A DNA stretch of 60,393 nucleotides, counting the filler, from Basidiobolus ranarum (Eukaryota): the NCBI GenBank assembly GCA_040143965.1. It is 12 parts of 12 records of this genome, joined end to end, with 100 filler letters (N's around TTAATTAATTAA, not from the genome) between each part and the next. Parts side by side here need not be neighbours in the genome. Positions count along the whole stretch, not along the records: positions 10,106 to 15,052 come from JASJQH010001771.1; positions 15,153 to 20,096 come from JASJQH010001772.1; positions 20,197 to 25,139 come from JASJQH010001773.1; 9 more parts are not named here. The stretch is one strand, 5' to 3'. The notes under the pieces were generated by a model. That model saw only the letters and a program-made list of their open reading frames with translations, was not told the origin of the DNA and searched no databases. The translations under genes and the position numbers were made by a program. Below, piece by piece: positions 11,386-24,936 of the stretch (position 1 is its first letter; each line of letters opens with the position of its first letter).

Positions 11386-14300
11386 TTAAATAAATGGATC
11401 AGATAAATTTTCCCGAATGACTGAAGGAAACTCTGTACTATTAGTGGTGCGTTTGTCAAGGCTCATGTCTGGTTGATGAATACCGAAACTCTTCAATTCC
11501 AATGAAAGCCAGTACTTCGGGGTTGGATCCTTCCAACGGGTGATTCGTATCTTTCCTTTGGGGGACATTTGAGCACCACGGGTGGTAACTGGTATGTTAT
11601 GTGAACTTAAGGAGGTGGATTCCACTTGTAGAATACCGGAGTCTTCACTTGGTAGCCATAATACGGGCATAGGATCTCTTAAGACTGGGTTCAGAAACAT
11701 CAAATTCCCCGGTAGAGATTTCCGATAGGAAGGTAAACGACTATCAGGCTTCTGTGATGAAATCGGGGAACTAGGACTACTCTGCGTATAATAATCGATC
11801 ACGGTGTGAATCTCGAGCTCCCCGGACTCTTCCTTCATTGTATCTTCAAGTGGACTAACAAAGGTCGAAAATGGACTCTGTTCGGAGAAGGTAGAACCAT
11901 GGCTAAAGGTTGTTTTCTTCCCAATCCTTCGAATGGTCAACTCCGACTCTAATCCGATCAAAGCGGGCTTTTGAGAGATGTTGATGGGTAAGAATTTCAA
12001 TAGTGGGTGAAATCCTCTATTTCCATGACGGACTAGACCAGTGGTGATGATCACCAGCAACACCATCCCTACTGCCTGTATCACCCCACCTTTCGCCATG
12101 ATGAGGCCCAGAGAGGTTAGTTGGAAAAAGAAAATCCCAACCACCATGTGTTCCATCGCTTTTGGAAATAGTAATCCACCAGTTTGGTGTGTGACTGAGT
12201 CATAGACGTATTGAAACTGGTGATGAAACACGAAATAGTAAATGAGAAAGTAAAGGCACACAAATAAGAGAATAAAAGGGGCAACGGTAGAATATGTCAA
12301 ACCTAGAATGGGTCCAATGTAAGCAATGGAATCTCAATACTAGCGACACAGAATTCTTACCAATGACGAAGATCAATGTATGCTCCGGAAACGTAGTACC
12401 AAATTCAAACTTGGTCAAACGATTTAGATCCAGTACCTTTCTCGGTGTACTGAACTGCAGTACAGTTTTAATGTAGTAGAAGACCAGTTTATTCACTTGC
12501 AGCATCTCTTGAGCAGCGCCTACTAGCGCTTGGAAAAGAACGTATGTCACGAAGAAAGTTGACACTTTTGGTAAGCTTTTTCCTAAAATGGTCACCGAAG
12601 AGATTGGATTTTTGACGAGATCTCCTAATGCAGAAAAGATACCCGAAGCAAAAGTGGTCACCAAGAATACGTTGATCAACTAGAAGATGGTGTTTAGATG
12701 GATTTCTCATTCTACCCCTCAAATGTGAGCATGAATTTCTCTGAGACTCTTACCAAGAATACAAAGAATCTAGTCATGACGGATTGCTCAACGTCGCTCT
12801 TTCGAATAGTTCCTTCTAGCATACACAGAGCTACATGGGGAATAGAATTATCTTTGTTAACGACTAACTTGCATATTGACAAGATGTTTCGAGAGCTCAC
12901 TAACCCCTGAAGATGATTGGAAGTAAAGCTACTAAAAGGGATAGTAGAACTGCAGGAACAATCCCCTGGATGATTCCGATTAACACTGGAGACCAGCTTT
13001 GCATAAAACTCAAAAAAGGAAGTATTTGAATGAGTGAACTCAACGACGCTAAAGAGGAAACGAACGTCACTGCGAAATTATTAGTTTCATCGCTTCATTT
13101 CAAACCTAACTGAATCTCTAAGCTTACCTGGAAACACCCAGAACATGATCAAGCAGACTGTGGCGGCAAGAGACAGACCACGTCGAATGTAGCGTTGAAA
13201 CGGGAAAATGTTCAAATTCTCCCAATTGATATCCTCTGGCTTCATATCTACATATTTCGTATACATTGCCAGGGGAAGATGATGGGACACCGATTGAACA
13301 GCGATATGAGCAGCTAACTGATTATTGAAGCTGATGAAAGCGGAGGCTTGTTTACGATAGTTGGATGGGTTACTTTGTTTCTCCGAGATCTCAACATTTA
13401 GCTCACGCAATTTTCTGCTGTAGTAATCAATGGAATCGACCTTCTTGCCGAATAACCAAAAGCCCACTCGATGTGTCGGCCGAGATACTATTCGATTTGG
13501 GTTCTTCAATCGGTTCACCCCATACCGTACGAAGACGAGCTCCAACTCTGATATTATTTCGTTTCTTTCTTTTACCAATTTTTTGAGCTCTTCAACACGT
13601 CTGATTTCATGGTCCACATTAGCAAACTAGTCCCTTGTGGATTTTGTCAATGGCTTACTAACCTTACAATGAACACTTGTTTAACACCTCCAGGTAAGGG
13701 ATCAAACAGCTTCTTCAGTTTCTCTTCAGTGTTCGTCTCATCTGGAATTCCCGATACTAGAATAGTATTCGCAATTGGGTCAAGCTGATGTTGTGCACTC
13801 AGTAGATACTTCTGCCGAAACAGTATGAACTTATTCATTTCTCGTTTCACCGCGTATAGTGTTACCCCTGATGGATGAATGAGTTAAAAAAAACTGGGGT
13901 ACATTAGTGATAGTTAGTGAATCTACCAGTGAACAGATAGTTGAAAAATAGATGGACCCAAAGTCTGCGGGGATCTTTGATGTTTCCGAATGTCAACTTA
14001 TTGAGTCCATCCAGTCCTTCCTGATTGATGGCGTTGACTGGCATAAGGATAAGGAAACCCGGTATGCTAAACAGCCCAAACAATACGAGACAAAGTCTTA
14101 TGTATCTTAAGAACATGTAGGCATCCACGCCGACACGTTTCAGAAGTTGTTCGTCGGGAGTTTTGACCACAGTCCAGACCCATTGGAGAGGGGATTTGGT
14201 AAGTGATGGTGGACGCTTACTTTCAAGAGTAGAGAAGTTAATGCAATTCATGTGCCTTTGAAGATAAAGCCAAGCTACTTACTCGTGATCGATCATGAAA

Positions 14301-14461
14301 GTGCGTGGTTGATAAATATTCTTACTCATTAGTCGAACCACATTGTAGCCAACAAAGATGGCTGAAGAAACAATGACATTGAAGAATAAGGATGAAGTGA
14401 AGGTATTAATGGAATTGGAATTATTGGAGGTATTGATCTGATCAGCAGCGGTGGTCGACAT
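11386..14461 (-). CDS. OSCA/TMEM63 (CSC1/RSN1/PHM7-like) calcium-permeable channel, 8 exons
   Basis: Exons ~14461-14283, 14219-13927, 13868-13663, 13600-13128, 13069-12905, 12830-12754, 12679-12361 and 12302-11386. Motifs IYQPRT, VGVDAYMFLRY, TILVSGIP, KVDSIDYY, SAFISF, PEDINWENL, LPKVSTFF and QTGGLLFP. Confidence 0.93.
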
Positions 14462-15152
14462 CTGCGCTAAGCAATGATAGAGTTTGAAGATGGGAATATT
14501 TTTCAAGATGAGGTGCGATGGATGTTAGCTTAAATACGCATTGCGAGTGAGGTGATGTAACGAATGGGAGGCTGCTATAGAACAGAGCTCGTAGAGAAAT
14601 CAGAGCAGTACTCTCCTACATCATTTGATTTGTTTAGTGGGTTGCATTGTAAAGATCACCTTTTGGTTAACCATTGGTCTGCTCAAAGCGTATATCAATA
14701 AAGATCTTGTAAGAGATAGTGGGAGGAAGCAGTGACTGATTTGAAATCCGCACCAGAATTTTGAAATGGCTTGCAGCCAATCAGCACTAGTCAATCCACG
14801 TATTCCAATGTTTACCTGAGGGAAAAGAATCCGGTGTTTTTTGGGAAGCTCCAATGATTCGTGACTAGGACACCCCTCCGCTTTAATACATATCGGTAGG
14901 GCTTCCAACTTTCGCAGTCATCATCCAGCAGTGGAGATGCGCGTTGAGGGTTGAGTCATTTCCGCAAATCAACAGAGTTTCAAAGCTAGTATCGGATTTC
15001 CACGACTCTGCATTACTGATTCATTTTTGCATAAGACTGGTCCATAGAGGAANNNNNNNNNNNNNNNNNNNNNNNNNNNNNNNNNNNNNNNNNNNNTTAA
15101 TTAATTAANNNNNNNNNNNNNNNNNNNNNNNNNNNNNNNNNNNNNNNNNNNN

Positions 15153-15720
15153 GTAATAAGGGGTAAATGCAGTGCAGGTATGCAGAAAGTGGCTTCAGAA
15201 GAGGAACATTCAACTTGACATTCAGCCTGGTGTAGACCACGCAGATATCTGGGAAGAACTTAATAAAGAGTGGCACAATACCACATGATATCTGCCAGAT
15301 AGCTGGAAGAATGTTGATTCAGCAACATTAATACAATAGTGGGGTTTGATGGAGATATTGATACAAACTTGTGCTGGGTATGAGCTAAACCTTGGTTATG
15401 AAGAACTCTATAAAAATATTCAGGAGAATATATCAAAGACACTAGGGATTTCAAAGGTGACAAATTAGCATTCAAGTGATAATTGTGTAAGATTTGAGTT
15501 TTGTTTTTTGCACAAGTGTTGATCTATAGTTCTCTGAGATTGTAGCCAATCATGTGCAACTATTTTGCAATATCTTAAAATTTCACTCCTGAAACTGAAA
15601 AAATTGATTAAAATCAAATCTAACTTGACAATTTTGTGACCATAAGTAAATGGTCAATCCCCACTGGATCAAAATTTGGATGGTTTTCCTACAATAACAA
15701 TCCTCAAATTTCTGTTAGGG
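15153..15720 (+). mobile_element. CACTA/EnSpm element end (accessory-ORF side), copy 1
   Basis: Decayed ORF RVNAVQVCRKWLQKRNI...GISKVTN*, then the terminus ...CCTCAAATTTCTGTTAGGG. Similar to 15965-16524 and, as reverse complement, to 24937-25139. Confidence 0.7.
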
Positions 15721-16524
15721 GTGCAAGAGTGCTAAATTTGGGAGTTTATCCAACACCTGGCACTTCTCAGCAAGCCAAAACACCAGTAAATAAAACTCAT
15801 GGCCCTGTAACCTCAAATGGTACTTTTCAAAGTGTTGAAATTAGCTCCTAAGCTAAAGGCAAGCAAAAAGATGCACAAACACTTTGAAGTACTCTCAGTT
15901 GTGTCACACTACAAGGATGTAAAAAAATAGTAAAAGTGCTTGAGGAGTATTTTCAAAAGTAAGAAGGGTAAATGCAGTGCAAGTATGCAGAAAGTGGCTT
16001 CAGAAGAAGAACATTCAAATTGACATTCAGTCTGTTGTTGACTGTGCAGATATCTGGGAAGAACTTAATATAGAGTGGCATAATAATGCAGGGTATCCAC
16101 CAGATAGCTGGAAGGACTTTGATTCAGCAATGTTAATATAATGGTGGGCTTTGATGGAGATATTGATACAAACATGTGCTGGACATGAGCTAAACCTTGG
16201 GTATGAAGAACTCTACAAAAATATTTAGGAGAATATATCAATGAAACTAGGGATTTTAAATGCAACAAATTAGCATTCAGGTGGTAAATGTGTAAAATTT
16301 GAGTTATGTTTTTTTCACATGTGTTGATCCATAGTTTTCTGAGACTGTAGCCAATCATTTGCAACTGTTTTGCAAGATCTTAAAATTTCACTTCCAAAAC
16401 TGACAAATTCAGTACAATTATATCTAACTTGACAGTTTTATGATGGTAAGTAAATGGCAAATACAAAATGGATTCAAATTGTGACAGTTTTCTTATGACA
16501 GCAATCCTCAAATTTCTGTGAGGG
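15721..16524 (+). mobile_element. CACTA/EnSpm element end (accessory-ORF side), copy 2
   Basis: Longer piece of the same decayed ORF, ending ...CCTCAAATTTCTGTGAGGG. Confidence 0.7.
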
Positions 16525-16529
16525 CATGC

Positions 16530-17040
16530 AATCTTTTGGGCAAGATGGCTTCACCAACTGCCCACAGGACAGTTCCATAAAAGCAAAACCATATTGGCCC
16601 ACAAATTTGCACCAATGGCTGTCTTTCAGCTAATTGTTTTGCAAATTTTCATTCAAGTGTTGTTGCATAAACATGTTTTAAAGGCAGCTTAAAACTGGGC
16701 CAAGTGTTGAGAGTCAATGAGGTATTGTGGAGGCCAGTGAACCAGATGACCATGAGGCTTCAGAAGTAGGTTGGTACCATGCTCAGCATGTTATCCTTGC
16801 ACCATTGGCAGGCACTGGCCATCCATTTGTATCCTTCAATGCAAGTTACCAGGTCTTCTTTGAGAGAACCAGAAAATAATGGGGTGACAGGAAGTCTTGT
16901 GTGGCAGCAAGCACTGTGGGTGGGAGTAATAGGAGAGCTCATTTTCTCTTCTGTTAAAGATTCAACAGAGGTGGTACCACTTGTAATTGGAAGGTAACAA
17001 GATCCTTTATTCATTCTGAATTTTGTAAAAATGATTAGCA
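16530..17040 (-). pseudogene. Ty3/gypsy gag remnant
   Basis: PLFSGSLKEDLVTCIEGYKWMASACQW...TWAQF*AAFK resembles a retrotransposon gag N-terminus. Confidence 0.55.
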
Positions 17041-17379
17041 CCAAGAATACAAGAAAAGATCTTTTCCTCTATACTAAAACCTGGAGGCACTATAGGCTAT
17101 AAGCTTCCAATGGCCCTTAAGTCACTTTGAAGGGGTATTTTATACAGAGAGGGGAAGGATTGGTCAGGATTTGGGAGTGCATGAGGTGATGTGAGCAGTA
17201 GTGTGATCTGACACTGCTTTCCACCAATGGGTGGCAACATTGGTGTGAACTTGACCAAAGTTTTAATAGTATTTGCAGGCTTCTGCAGTTCAAAATGGAT
17301 GTAAAAACAAGTTGGAGGGGTTTCAGCTAGCTGCTAGCAGCAAGAGTATTGGCCCTATTTGCAATCCAAAGCAATATAT

Positions 17380-18430
17380 CTATCACCAATTTTCTGGTAT
17401 GTTGTTAATTAGATTAGCAAATGGTAGCATCAATGATTTGACTTGTAACATCATTTCACCACAGGTATATTTTATAGGGAACTCTCAGAATGTATAGCAA
17501 GGGCCTATGCTCTATAAGTATTGTGAAGGATGCAATTGTGTATGTGTGGAATACTGCCATATATTCAGTCTTTCTTCCCTTTATATGTAACAAGGTTTTG
17601 TAGTATGCTATTAAAAGATCTCTGCAAAGCCACTGTATCTGGCTAGTGTCTGCCAATGTGAGTCAATACTGTAGGAATTTCTTGACAACATTGACAAATA
17701 ACTCCCTATGTTTGCAACACTTAATAGGTAGGAATCTCTACAAGATGTCACTTGAGTATATACAGTTGCTATACTTCCTGTCTTTCCATTTGAATGGATG
17801 GCTGGATGTATGGATATATCAGTTAGAATTACTCAGTAAGATGCTCAAAAACATCAAGAAACTGCTGTAATATACAAGATCTCCCATAAGCCTCTACTCA
17901 TCTAGGCTTTTACTTGATGGCAAAGACTAGAAGTATTGGATTTGTATATACTCCATGTGATCTTGATAATACTTCTGTCTGATAAGACTGGCAACAATAG
18001 GAGCTATTGGTGGACCTTGTATATCTACTTTTATAACATTGACACACATTGGCAGATCTTAGTCAGGTATAGTGGCTTGGCAAGGATATTGTAATTGGAT
18101 ACTGAAAGCTTTATACCCACTTCGGGAAGATGGACTAAATTAATGTCAGTATTCCATACATACCTTCCTACTTCTTTCATAATTCTTACAGATTGTAGCC
18201 CCTTGCTGTATATTCTGGGATTTCTCTATAGAATGTACTTGTGGAAAGATGATGTTCAAAGTGAAATCCTCAGTACTGCCATATGCCAATATGATTAACA
18301 ATGTGACAGCATAATGAGTGATGGATGTAATGGGATGGGTTAAGGAAGGGTCTGACAGTAGTAAACATTCCATAAGGCTCATATTAGTGTTCTTGTTAGT
18401 TCTTGCATTGTTTGGGCACAACAATAGCAT
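17380..18430 (-). pseudogene. CACTA/EnSpm transposase C-terminal remnants (two partial copies)
   Basis: Nucleotide similarity to 21490-22050. A GPxYTFWEFPIE-like segment is present twice. Confidence 0.65.
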
Positions 18431-18489
18431 CAATAGCAAATCCATGGAGAAATAATAGGTTTCTGTCTGGTTGAACTGGTTCATTGTCC

Positions 18490-18885
18490 ATTGATTGTTT
18501 CACTTATTGATTTATTCAGTTAAAAGTTTATATTTATAGTTTTGTCAGGAAACAAGCAAATACACATGTAGAATGTGTCAAAAAAGGTGGCAGGAACATG
18601 TAGGCAAAGTTTGGGGCTTCTAGCAAATATTTGATAATATATATATATGAGAGCTTCTAAGTTGATGTTAATATTCTGTGTAAATACAGATTGAAGTTCA
18701 AGAGTGATATCAGTTTATATTGCACAATTTTGCACTATTCAGCACCCTCTGGCATGATCAATTTCAATCACACCCACTCCAATATATTGAGCCAATTCTA
18801 ATAAATCCTGGCATAATGGAAGAAGTCCACCAATACTGAGCTATATATGACTATATAGGTATTTAGGCAAAACTAATTTCAAGAC
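18490..18885 (-). mobile_element. Degenerate copia LTR-A interrupted by a MITE fragment (~18720-18828)
   Basis: LTR-A motifs GGGGCTTCTAGC and GCTATATATGACTATATAGG flank a reverse-complement half of the 48966-49147 MITE ending GAAGAAGTCC. Confidence 0.7.
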
Positions 18886-19778
18886 AGGAATCCCATCAGA
18901 ACACCATTGGGTAATTTATGCAAAAGCCATCAAAATCCTAGTTGATGGCTATGCAAGGCTGCAATATTAGCAACAATATGTCATATCAAAAATTACTGTC
19001 ACACTGTGTCTTTGATCCATTTATCAACCAACTTTACTTCCATAGCCCTGTTGGTTAGTAAATTAATTGAATGTACCATACCATTTTCAATGCTTGTACA
19101 AGCATAGAATTGACATTCCAATATATTACCGGATATAATATTCAAGGCATGTACAGCTCTTTAGTATCATTTGGCATTGCTAGATATGAATTGAGAGGTT
19201 TTGCGTCTCAAAAAATGAGTCAAAAAATCTCATCCTGACTTTATAGAATATCACACTAAAATATTTTGTCCAGCAAAAATGAGCAAATAATTGGAGATAC
19301 TCTAGTGGTATCTATGTAGGTATGTTCACTGTATTTGAGTAATCTATTTGTATGTATATTGAAAACAAAGCAAAATAACAACATGTCTATACATGCATAT
19401 TGTACCAAGGAGTTAAGACAGAGCATAGGAAGTATTAGGCCAGTCACGGATATTTATAACTTCTTACTATGACAAATATATTAATAGATATTCGACTTCG
19501 AAAATACCAAGAAAATATTGGTGGTATACATATCAACTTTACTAAACGAATTGCACTGGTGATAAATAAAATAGTATAGCAGAGTCTCCATGAACGAAGC
19601 AGCAAAGATATCAAATATTTATAGGATTATATCTACATAATAAATAGGAAAATGAAATATGAGGACTTCTTTCAAAGGGTATAGATGTATGGCGATAGGG
19701 ATGGGGTATATATAAAAAGAGAAAGGATTTAGTCAGAGCCATGTACATTGATGTCGCAATTTGGATTTGGGGATTGAA

Positions 19779-20096
19779 TCATTTGACTGCCGCTAATTGC
19801 ATTGCAAAGTCAACATTTTTGGCAAGAACATCGTCTAGCTCAGCTTCCAATTCATTAACTTTGGTTTCCAAGATCAGCTTTTCTCTGGTTAGATCTTCCA
19901 GAATAGTGTTTATACCGTCACTCTCATCGGAGTTTGAAAGTCGTTTTAGAACCTCAATCTCTTGCTTAGCATTTAGCAATTCCCCAGCTTTTTGCGCTTG
20001 TTCGTCACGCAAACAAGATAGTTCCTTTTTGAGCTCTGATATAATACGTTGTTGTGAGTCTCGTTCTGCTGGTATTGTGGCGTGTTTGTAACGGTC
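19779..20096 (-). CDS. 3' end of an unidentified coiled-coil protein
   Basis: Open frame from the contig end to the stop at 19779. The sequence is heptad-rich (LEDLTREKLILETKVNELEAELDDV) and has normal CpG content, unlike the adjacent repeats. Confidence 0.65.
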   Translation of the reverse strand, partial: DRYKHATIPAERDSQQRIISELKKELSCLRDEQAQKAGELLNAKQEIEVLKRLSNSDESDGINTILEDLTREKLILETKVNELEAELDDVLAKNVDFAMQLAAVK

Positions 20097-20372
20097 NNNN
20101 NNNNNNNNNNNNNNNNNNNNNNNNNNNNNNNNNNNNNNNNTTAATTAATTAANNNNNNNNNNNNNNNNNNNNNNNNNNNNNNNNNNNNNNNNNNNNTTCA
20201 ATAAAGATTTCAGCTAAAATATCCTTGACTCAGAGTCAACAAATGTCCTGCCACAACTAGATGTATCATTGCTTGAATAGATTACCCCATAGCTTAAGCA
20301 ACAATAAAATATATCACAATCTATCTCACCAGGAAGACTACTTAGCAACTTTCCTAGAAATACCATCACACT

Positions 20373-22060
20373 CCCCAACATAAATAAAATTGATTTGTTC
20401 TGGATTGGATCCACCATTCTGGATTGCAAAACCATCAGAGGACCATCACATTATTGGTGGCTTGTATTCTGCTAGGGATTTTGATGGTGAGATGGTGGCT
20501 TCTTGATGGTATTTTGATGGTGATCATATTATTGAAATTAGCATTGCCTAAACACCTATATAGTCTTATATTGCAAAGTACTTGGTTATCCTATATTTCA
20601 CTGAGTAATTATTCATTATTCTCAATTGGAATTTACTTAAAATATTGACAACAACATAGATGTTCTCAGATATATAGATTTTTCAAACTTGTGATAGAGG
20701 CCCAAACTTTGCACACCTGTTCCTGTGACCTTCCTTAACATGTTCTACATATATTTTTGTTTACATCTTCACACAACTATAAATGTCAACTGAATACTAA
20801 ATAAATCAACAAGTAAAAACCACTAATTACTCTTATTTTCTAAACCACTTTCTACAGGCTCCCAAATAGTTTAACACATATATGGTAAAATCTTAATCCT
20901 CATACTTGGCATGTGTTATTTAATTTCCAACAATTTTTACAAAAATCTGATTTTTGAATGGCAAACTACTGAGTATACTGCAATAGGAATTTGGATAAAT
21001 ATGCATGCCTATATTTAGACATTTTAGGCTTTGTATTCCAGCCATAACCGGAATCAAAATATACAATAATCTTGTTATGTTTAGTCTTTACATATGCATA
21101 TACTTGACTGATCAGACATAACTCAACAATGTCAATATGCTTTACCAGCAAATTAATGGTGGAAAAATTGCTTGACATCCAAAATTGTGGATAGCACTGA
21201 CATTTTGGCAAATAGCTGACACTTGTTACTATTCATAATGAGAATAAACTCTTGAATTTTATCAAATTTCAATAGAGAATTCAGCCAAAATATCCCTGAC
21301 TTGTAGTAAAAAAAAGTCCTGCCACAAGTAGATGTGTAATTGCTCAAAAAGATTACCCCATGACTAAAACCATAATACTGCATATCTTGATCTATCTCAC
21401 CAAGAAGTCTGTCTTGCAGCTTTCCTAGATATACTGTCAGATTATCACACAAACAAATTAGTCCAAATTATAGAGGTACTCACTTTGAGTCCACAAATTG
21501 GGGTTTGTTGCTGTTATTATGCTCAAACAATGCCAAAACCCATGAGCACATTGAAAAGAGCCTTTGTTGAAAGCTCAATATGGTCAGGTGTCTCCTTAAC
21601 CCATTGCATTACATTCATTACTGATTTTGCAGATACATTGTTAATCATATTAGCATTCAGTAATTTTGACAATTTCACATGGAGCTTCATTCCACCACAG
21701 GTGCACTCCTCTGAAAGCTCCCAGAATGTATAGCAAGAGCCTATAATCTCAAAGCATTGAGAAAGTCTATCTTCTTTAAACCTGTAACAAAGTTCTTCAT
21801 AGCTAATTACAAATCTTTGCACAGTTGCTGTAACTACCTGCAATCTGCCAATGAGAGTTGAGGCCATAAGAACATATTCACAATGTCTACAAACAAATCC
21901 TAATGTCACCAATACCTATCAGGCCCAAATCTTTTTAATATTTCTTTAGAATACTTACCAATCCAATACTTCCAGTCTTGCCACTGAAATATATGCTTGG
22001 ATGAGTAGATATTGATGGGAGCTCCAGTAAAATATGATGGTAACTTGACATTCTCAAGTA
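20373..22060 (-). mobile_element. CACTA/EnSpm element, transposase-3' end with TIR, inserted in another copy and carrying a solo LTR
   Basis: Terminus CCCCAACATAAAT at 20373 with subterminal ACCATCA/TGATGGT motifs. ORF 21523-21912 reads FVISYEELCYRFKEDRL...GSCYTFWELSEECTCGGMKLHVK (DUF4218-type). 20210-20365 duplicates 21281-21434. Confidence 0.75.
20530..20876 (+). mobile_element. Copia LTR-A solo LTR with 5-bp TSD CATAT
   Basis: T(A)TTGAAATTAGC...TTTAACA is flanked by CATAT at 20525-20529 and 20877-20881. Confidence 0.92.
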
Positions 22061-22066
22061 TTTTCC

Positions 22067-22556
22067 TGTTAAAGTATTTTGGAGCCTGTTAGAAGTGGTT
22101 TCAAGAATTAGAGAAATTGGTGGTTTTCCCTTATTGATTTATTGAGTAGAAGGTTGAGATTTATAGTTTTGTCAAGATGTAAGCAAACTAATGTGCAGAA
22201 TGTGTTAAGGAAGGTCCCAGGAACATGTGTGCAAAGTTTGGGGCTTCTAGCACAAGTTTGAAAATCTATATATCCAAGAACTTCTAAGTTGGTAAAAATA
22301 TTTAAGTAAATTCCAAATGAGAATAATGGATAATTTCTTAATGAATTATAAGATAGCTAAGCACTAAGCTATATATGACTATATAGATGTTTAGGCAATG
22401 CTAATTTCAACACTCTCCCTCAACTATATAATCGTATAAACTAATCCTAATAAAGGTCTAAATTTCTCAAATTTGTGTCTAGCTAATGGTTTGGTTAATA
22501 TATCAGCAATCATGTCTTCTGTAGAACAATAAGTTTAGTCAAAGAAATGATTCTCT
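22067..22556 (-). mobile_element. Copia family A 3' LTR, PPT and RNase H tail
   Basis: LTR 22067-22412, then CTCTCCCTCAA (polypurine tract on the minus strand) and EDMIADILTKPLARHKFEK. Confidence 0.9.
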
Positions 22557-22564
22557 ACAGACAT

Positions 22565-23092
22565 TTAAGTTTTATTGAATTGAATATGTCCTTTTTATAG
22601 CTTACTATCAACAAGATTATTGGATGTGCTTAGATCATAACAAACATGCCTTTTAAGCATAGGTAAAATTTGAGATGATTTATAGAATTTCTTAGAAAAT
22701 AGTGAAAATTGGTGTAAAGTAATCTAATTGATATTTCTATCAATTAGAGCAATAAAAACATGTCTATCAATGGCAGAATTGAGTGCTAAATAATCAGAAT
22801 ATGAATAAACTAACTACTAAATAATGAGTTGCTATTTATCTAATTTCAACTTCACTACTCAACTTTATATTTTGTATTTCTCTTCAACCTAACTTATATC
22901 TCAATCATTCCAGTTGTGCTTTTGGAAAAAAATTGAGAAAATAGTTAAAATTGGTAAAAGTGACCTAATTGATATTTCTATCAATTATAGCAAAATACAC
23001 ATGTTTTTGAATGACAAAATTGAGTGCTAAAAAAGCAGAATATGAACAAACTGACCACTAAATAATGAGTTGCTCATTGCTTAATTTCAACA
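22565..23092 (-). mobile_element. Copia LTR family B, two partial copies
   Basis: Both end in TAAATAATGAGTTGCT...AATTTCAAC(A), at 22850 and 23092. Same family as 23781-23815 and 48244-48595. Confidence 0.8.
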
Positions 23093-23780
23093 GCCAGACC
23101 ACGATATAGAATTTAGATTAGTAATCAACAGAGAGTTGCATTCTTCTGATCTCATACTTTAAATATATACTCAGGTGTATATCTCTCAACATACCTGGGT
23201 CCAGTTTTAGTGAATAAAATACTAGCTTACTCAGTCCTTTATAATTTTAAGCAACACATGCATTATAACACCTATACCCAATCAAATACTATTTGAGACT
23301 CAGAGTCAAGCTAAAAAGCTATATGTCAAACAAAAACAAAACTCATTTCAGAGGAATTCAGATATTTCTGTTGATACACATATAAACCAAGCCCCAGCCA
23401 AGGCAAAATGACTTTCTAATGTAGCAACACCTTGAAATTATGCTGCCATAGTCAATATAGTAAGCAATGAGAAATGCAAGTTGAAATCTCAGAGAGATAT
23501 TGGTGAAGTTTCACTTGATCCTGATCTGCTGTCAGAAAACCATCACAATTGAGGATAAAATAGATTTTTGACCACAAAAATCAAATTGTGACCCATCCAA
23601 TTCATTACTCTACTGGATTGTTCCTCTATTATTGGCTACAATCTTTTAAATAAACTTCTCACCTAAAAAATAAAATACTTTCACTGTTGTTAACTATTTT
23701 GTTACCAGACTTAGCCATACTTCTGTATTATATTGAGTGATGGTATAAAGAGTAAAATCTTCCTTTTTTCTTTTATTAAT

Positions 23781-24936
23781 ATTAATAATGAGTTGCTATT
23801 TACATAGTTTCAACATTCCCACTCAACTGATTATTCTGCATTTTTCTTAAACCTAACTTCTATCTGTATAATTTTCATTGTGCTTTAGCTAAAGGCTTGG
23901 TTCACATGTCAGCAATCATTACTTCAGTAGGGCAACTGACAGGTGTAATTATATCACTCACTATCTTTGCTAACAAAATGATGCCTGATATCTATATGTT
24001 TTGTTCTAGCATGGAATGTAGGGTTTTAACTAATGAAATACAACTTTGATTATCTTCAAATATGATAATAGCACATTTTTGCATGTATCCTAAGTCTGCA
24101 AATAACCTCCTTGATCATGTAGCATTGGCATGGTAGCAGAAGCAGCCATATACTTGGCTTCTGTAGTGGAAAGTGAGATAGATGGTTGCATCTTCCTATT
24201 CCAAGTTATGGTTCCATTACCATAGAGAAAAGTGTACCCAGTTGTTGATCTTCTATCATTAAGGTGCCTTCCCCAGTCTGCATCACTGTAGCCTTCAAGA
24301 TTTTGTGCATCAGGAGTGCCAGAGTATTTCAGAAATAGATCTTCAGTTCTTCTTATATTCCTGAGCATTTGTTTTACTGCAGTTTTGTGCTCAGATCCTG
24401 GATCTTTGAGATATTGGCTGACAATTCCCACTGCCATAGCAATATATGGACATGTGCCAGCCATTGTATATATTTAACTACCCACCATGGATTGATAAGA
24501 GAACTCCAGGCTTTGATTTGAGTCATTTTTGGCCAAATTGGGTGAAATTTAATTAAATTCACATTGGGATCCATGGGTATCAACACAGGCTTGCTTCCCC
24601 ATATTGAACAATTTTAAGATGTCAAAGATGTATATAGATTAATTTAGCAAGATTTCTGATTGGGTTTATCTCTCTTGATTTGGATTCCAACAAAATAACT
24701 TAATTCACCCTTATCAGTCATCTAATATTGACCTGGTAAGCTGTTTCTTGTCTGATTAAGTGCTCTTTGATCATTTGTGGCTATGATCAAGTCATCCACT
24801 TACAGTGCCAAGATAAGGATCCTTTTGCAGTTATTTTAACACAAATACTGTGATCTGCTGTGGATCTTTGAAATTCCAGTGATTCCAGATAGGTTTCTGT
24901 CTTGTGGTAGCATGCCCTGGGTGCTTGTCTGAGTCC
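23781..24936 (-). mobile_element. Copia family B RT/RNase H pseudogene with PPT and start of 3' LTR
   Basis: GLRQAPRACY, VDDLII, EGYSDADWG...DRRSTTGY, SLSTTEAKY, EDNQSCI and MIADM motifs. PPT GTTGAGTGGGAA precedes TGTTGAAA. Confidence 0.92.

Noticed and set aside
15260..16364. Paired minus-strand ORFs (15260-15475, 16065-16364) as a duplicated gene
   Set aside because: They are antisense to the decayed + strand accessory ORF of the CACTA repeat.
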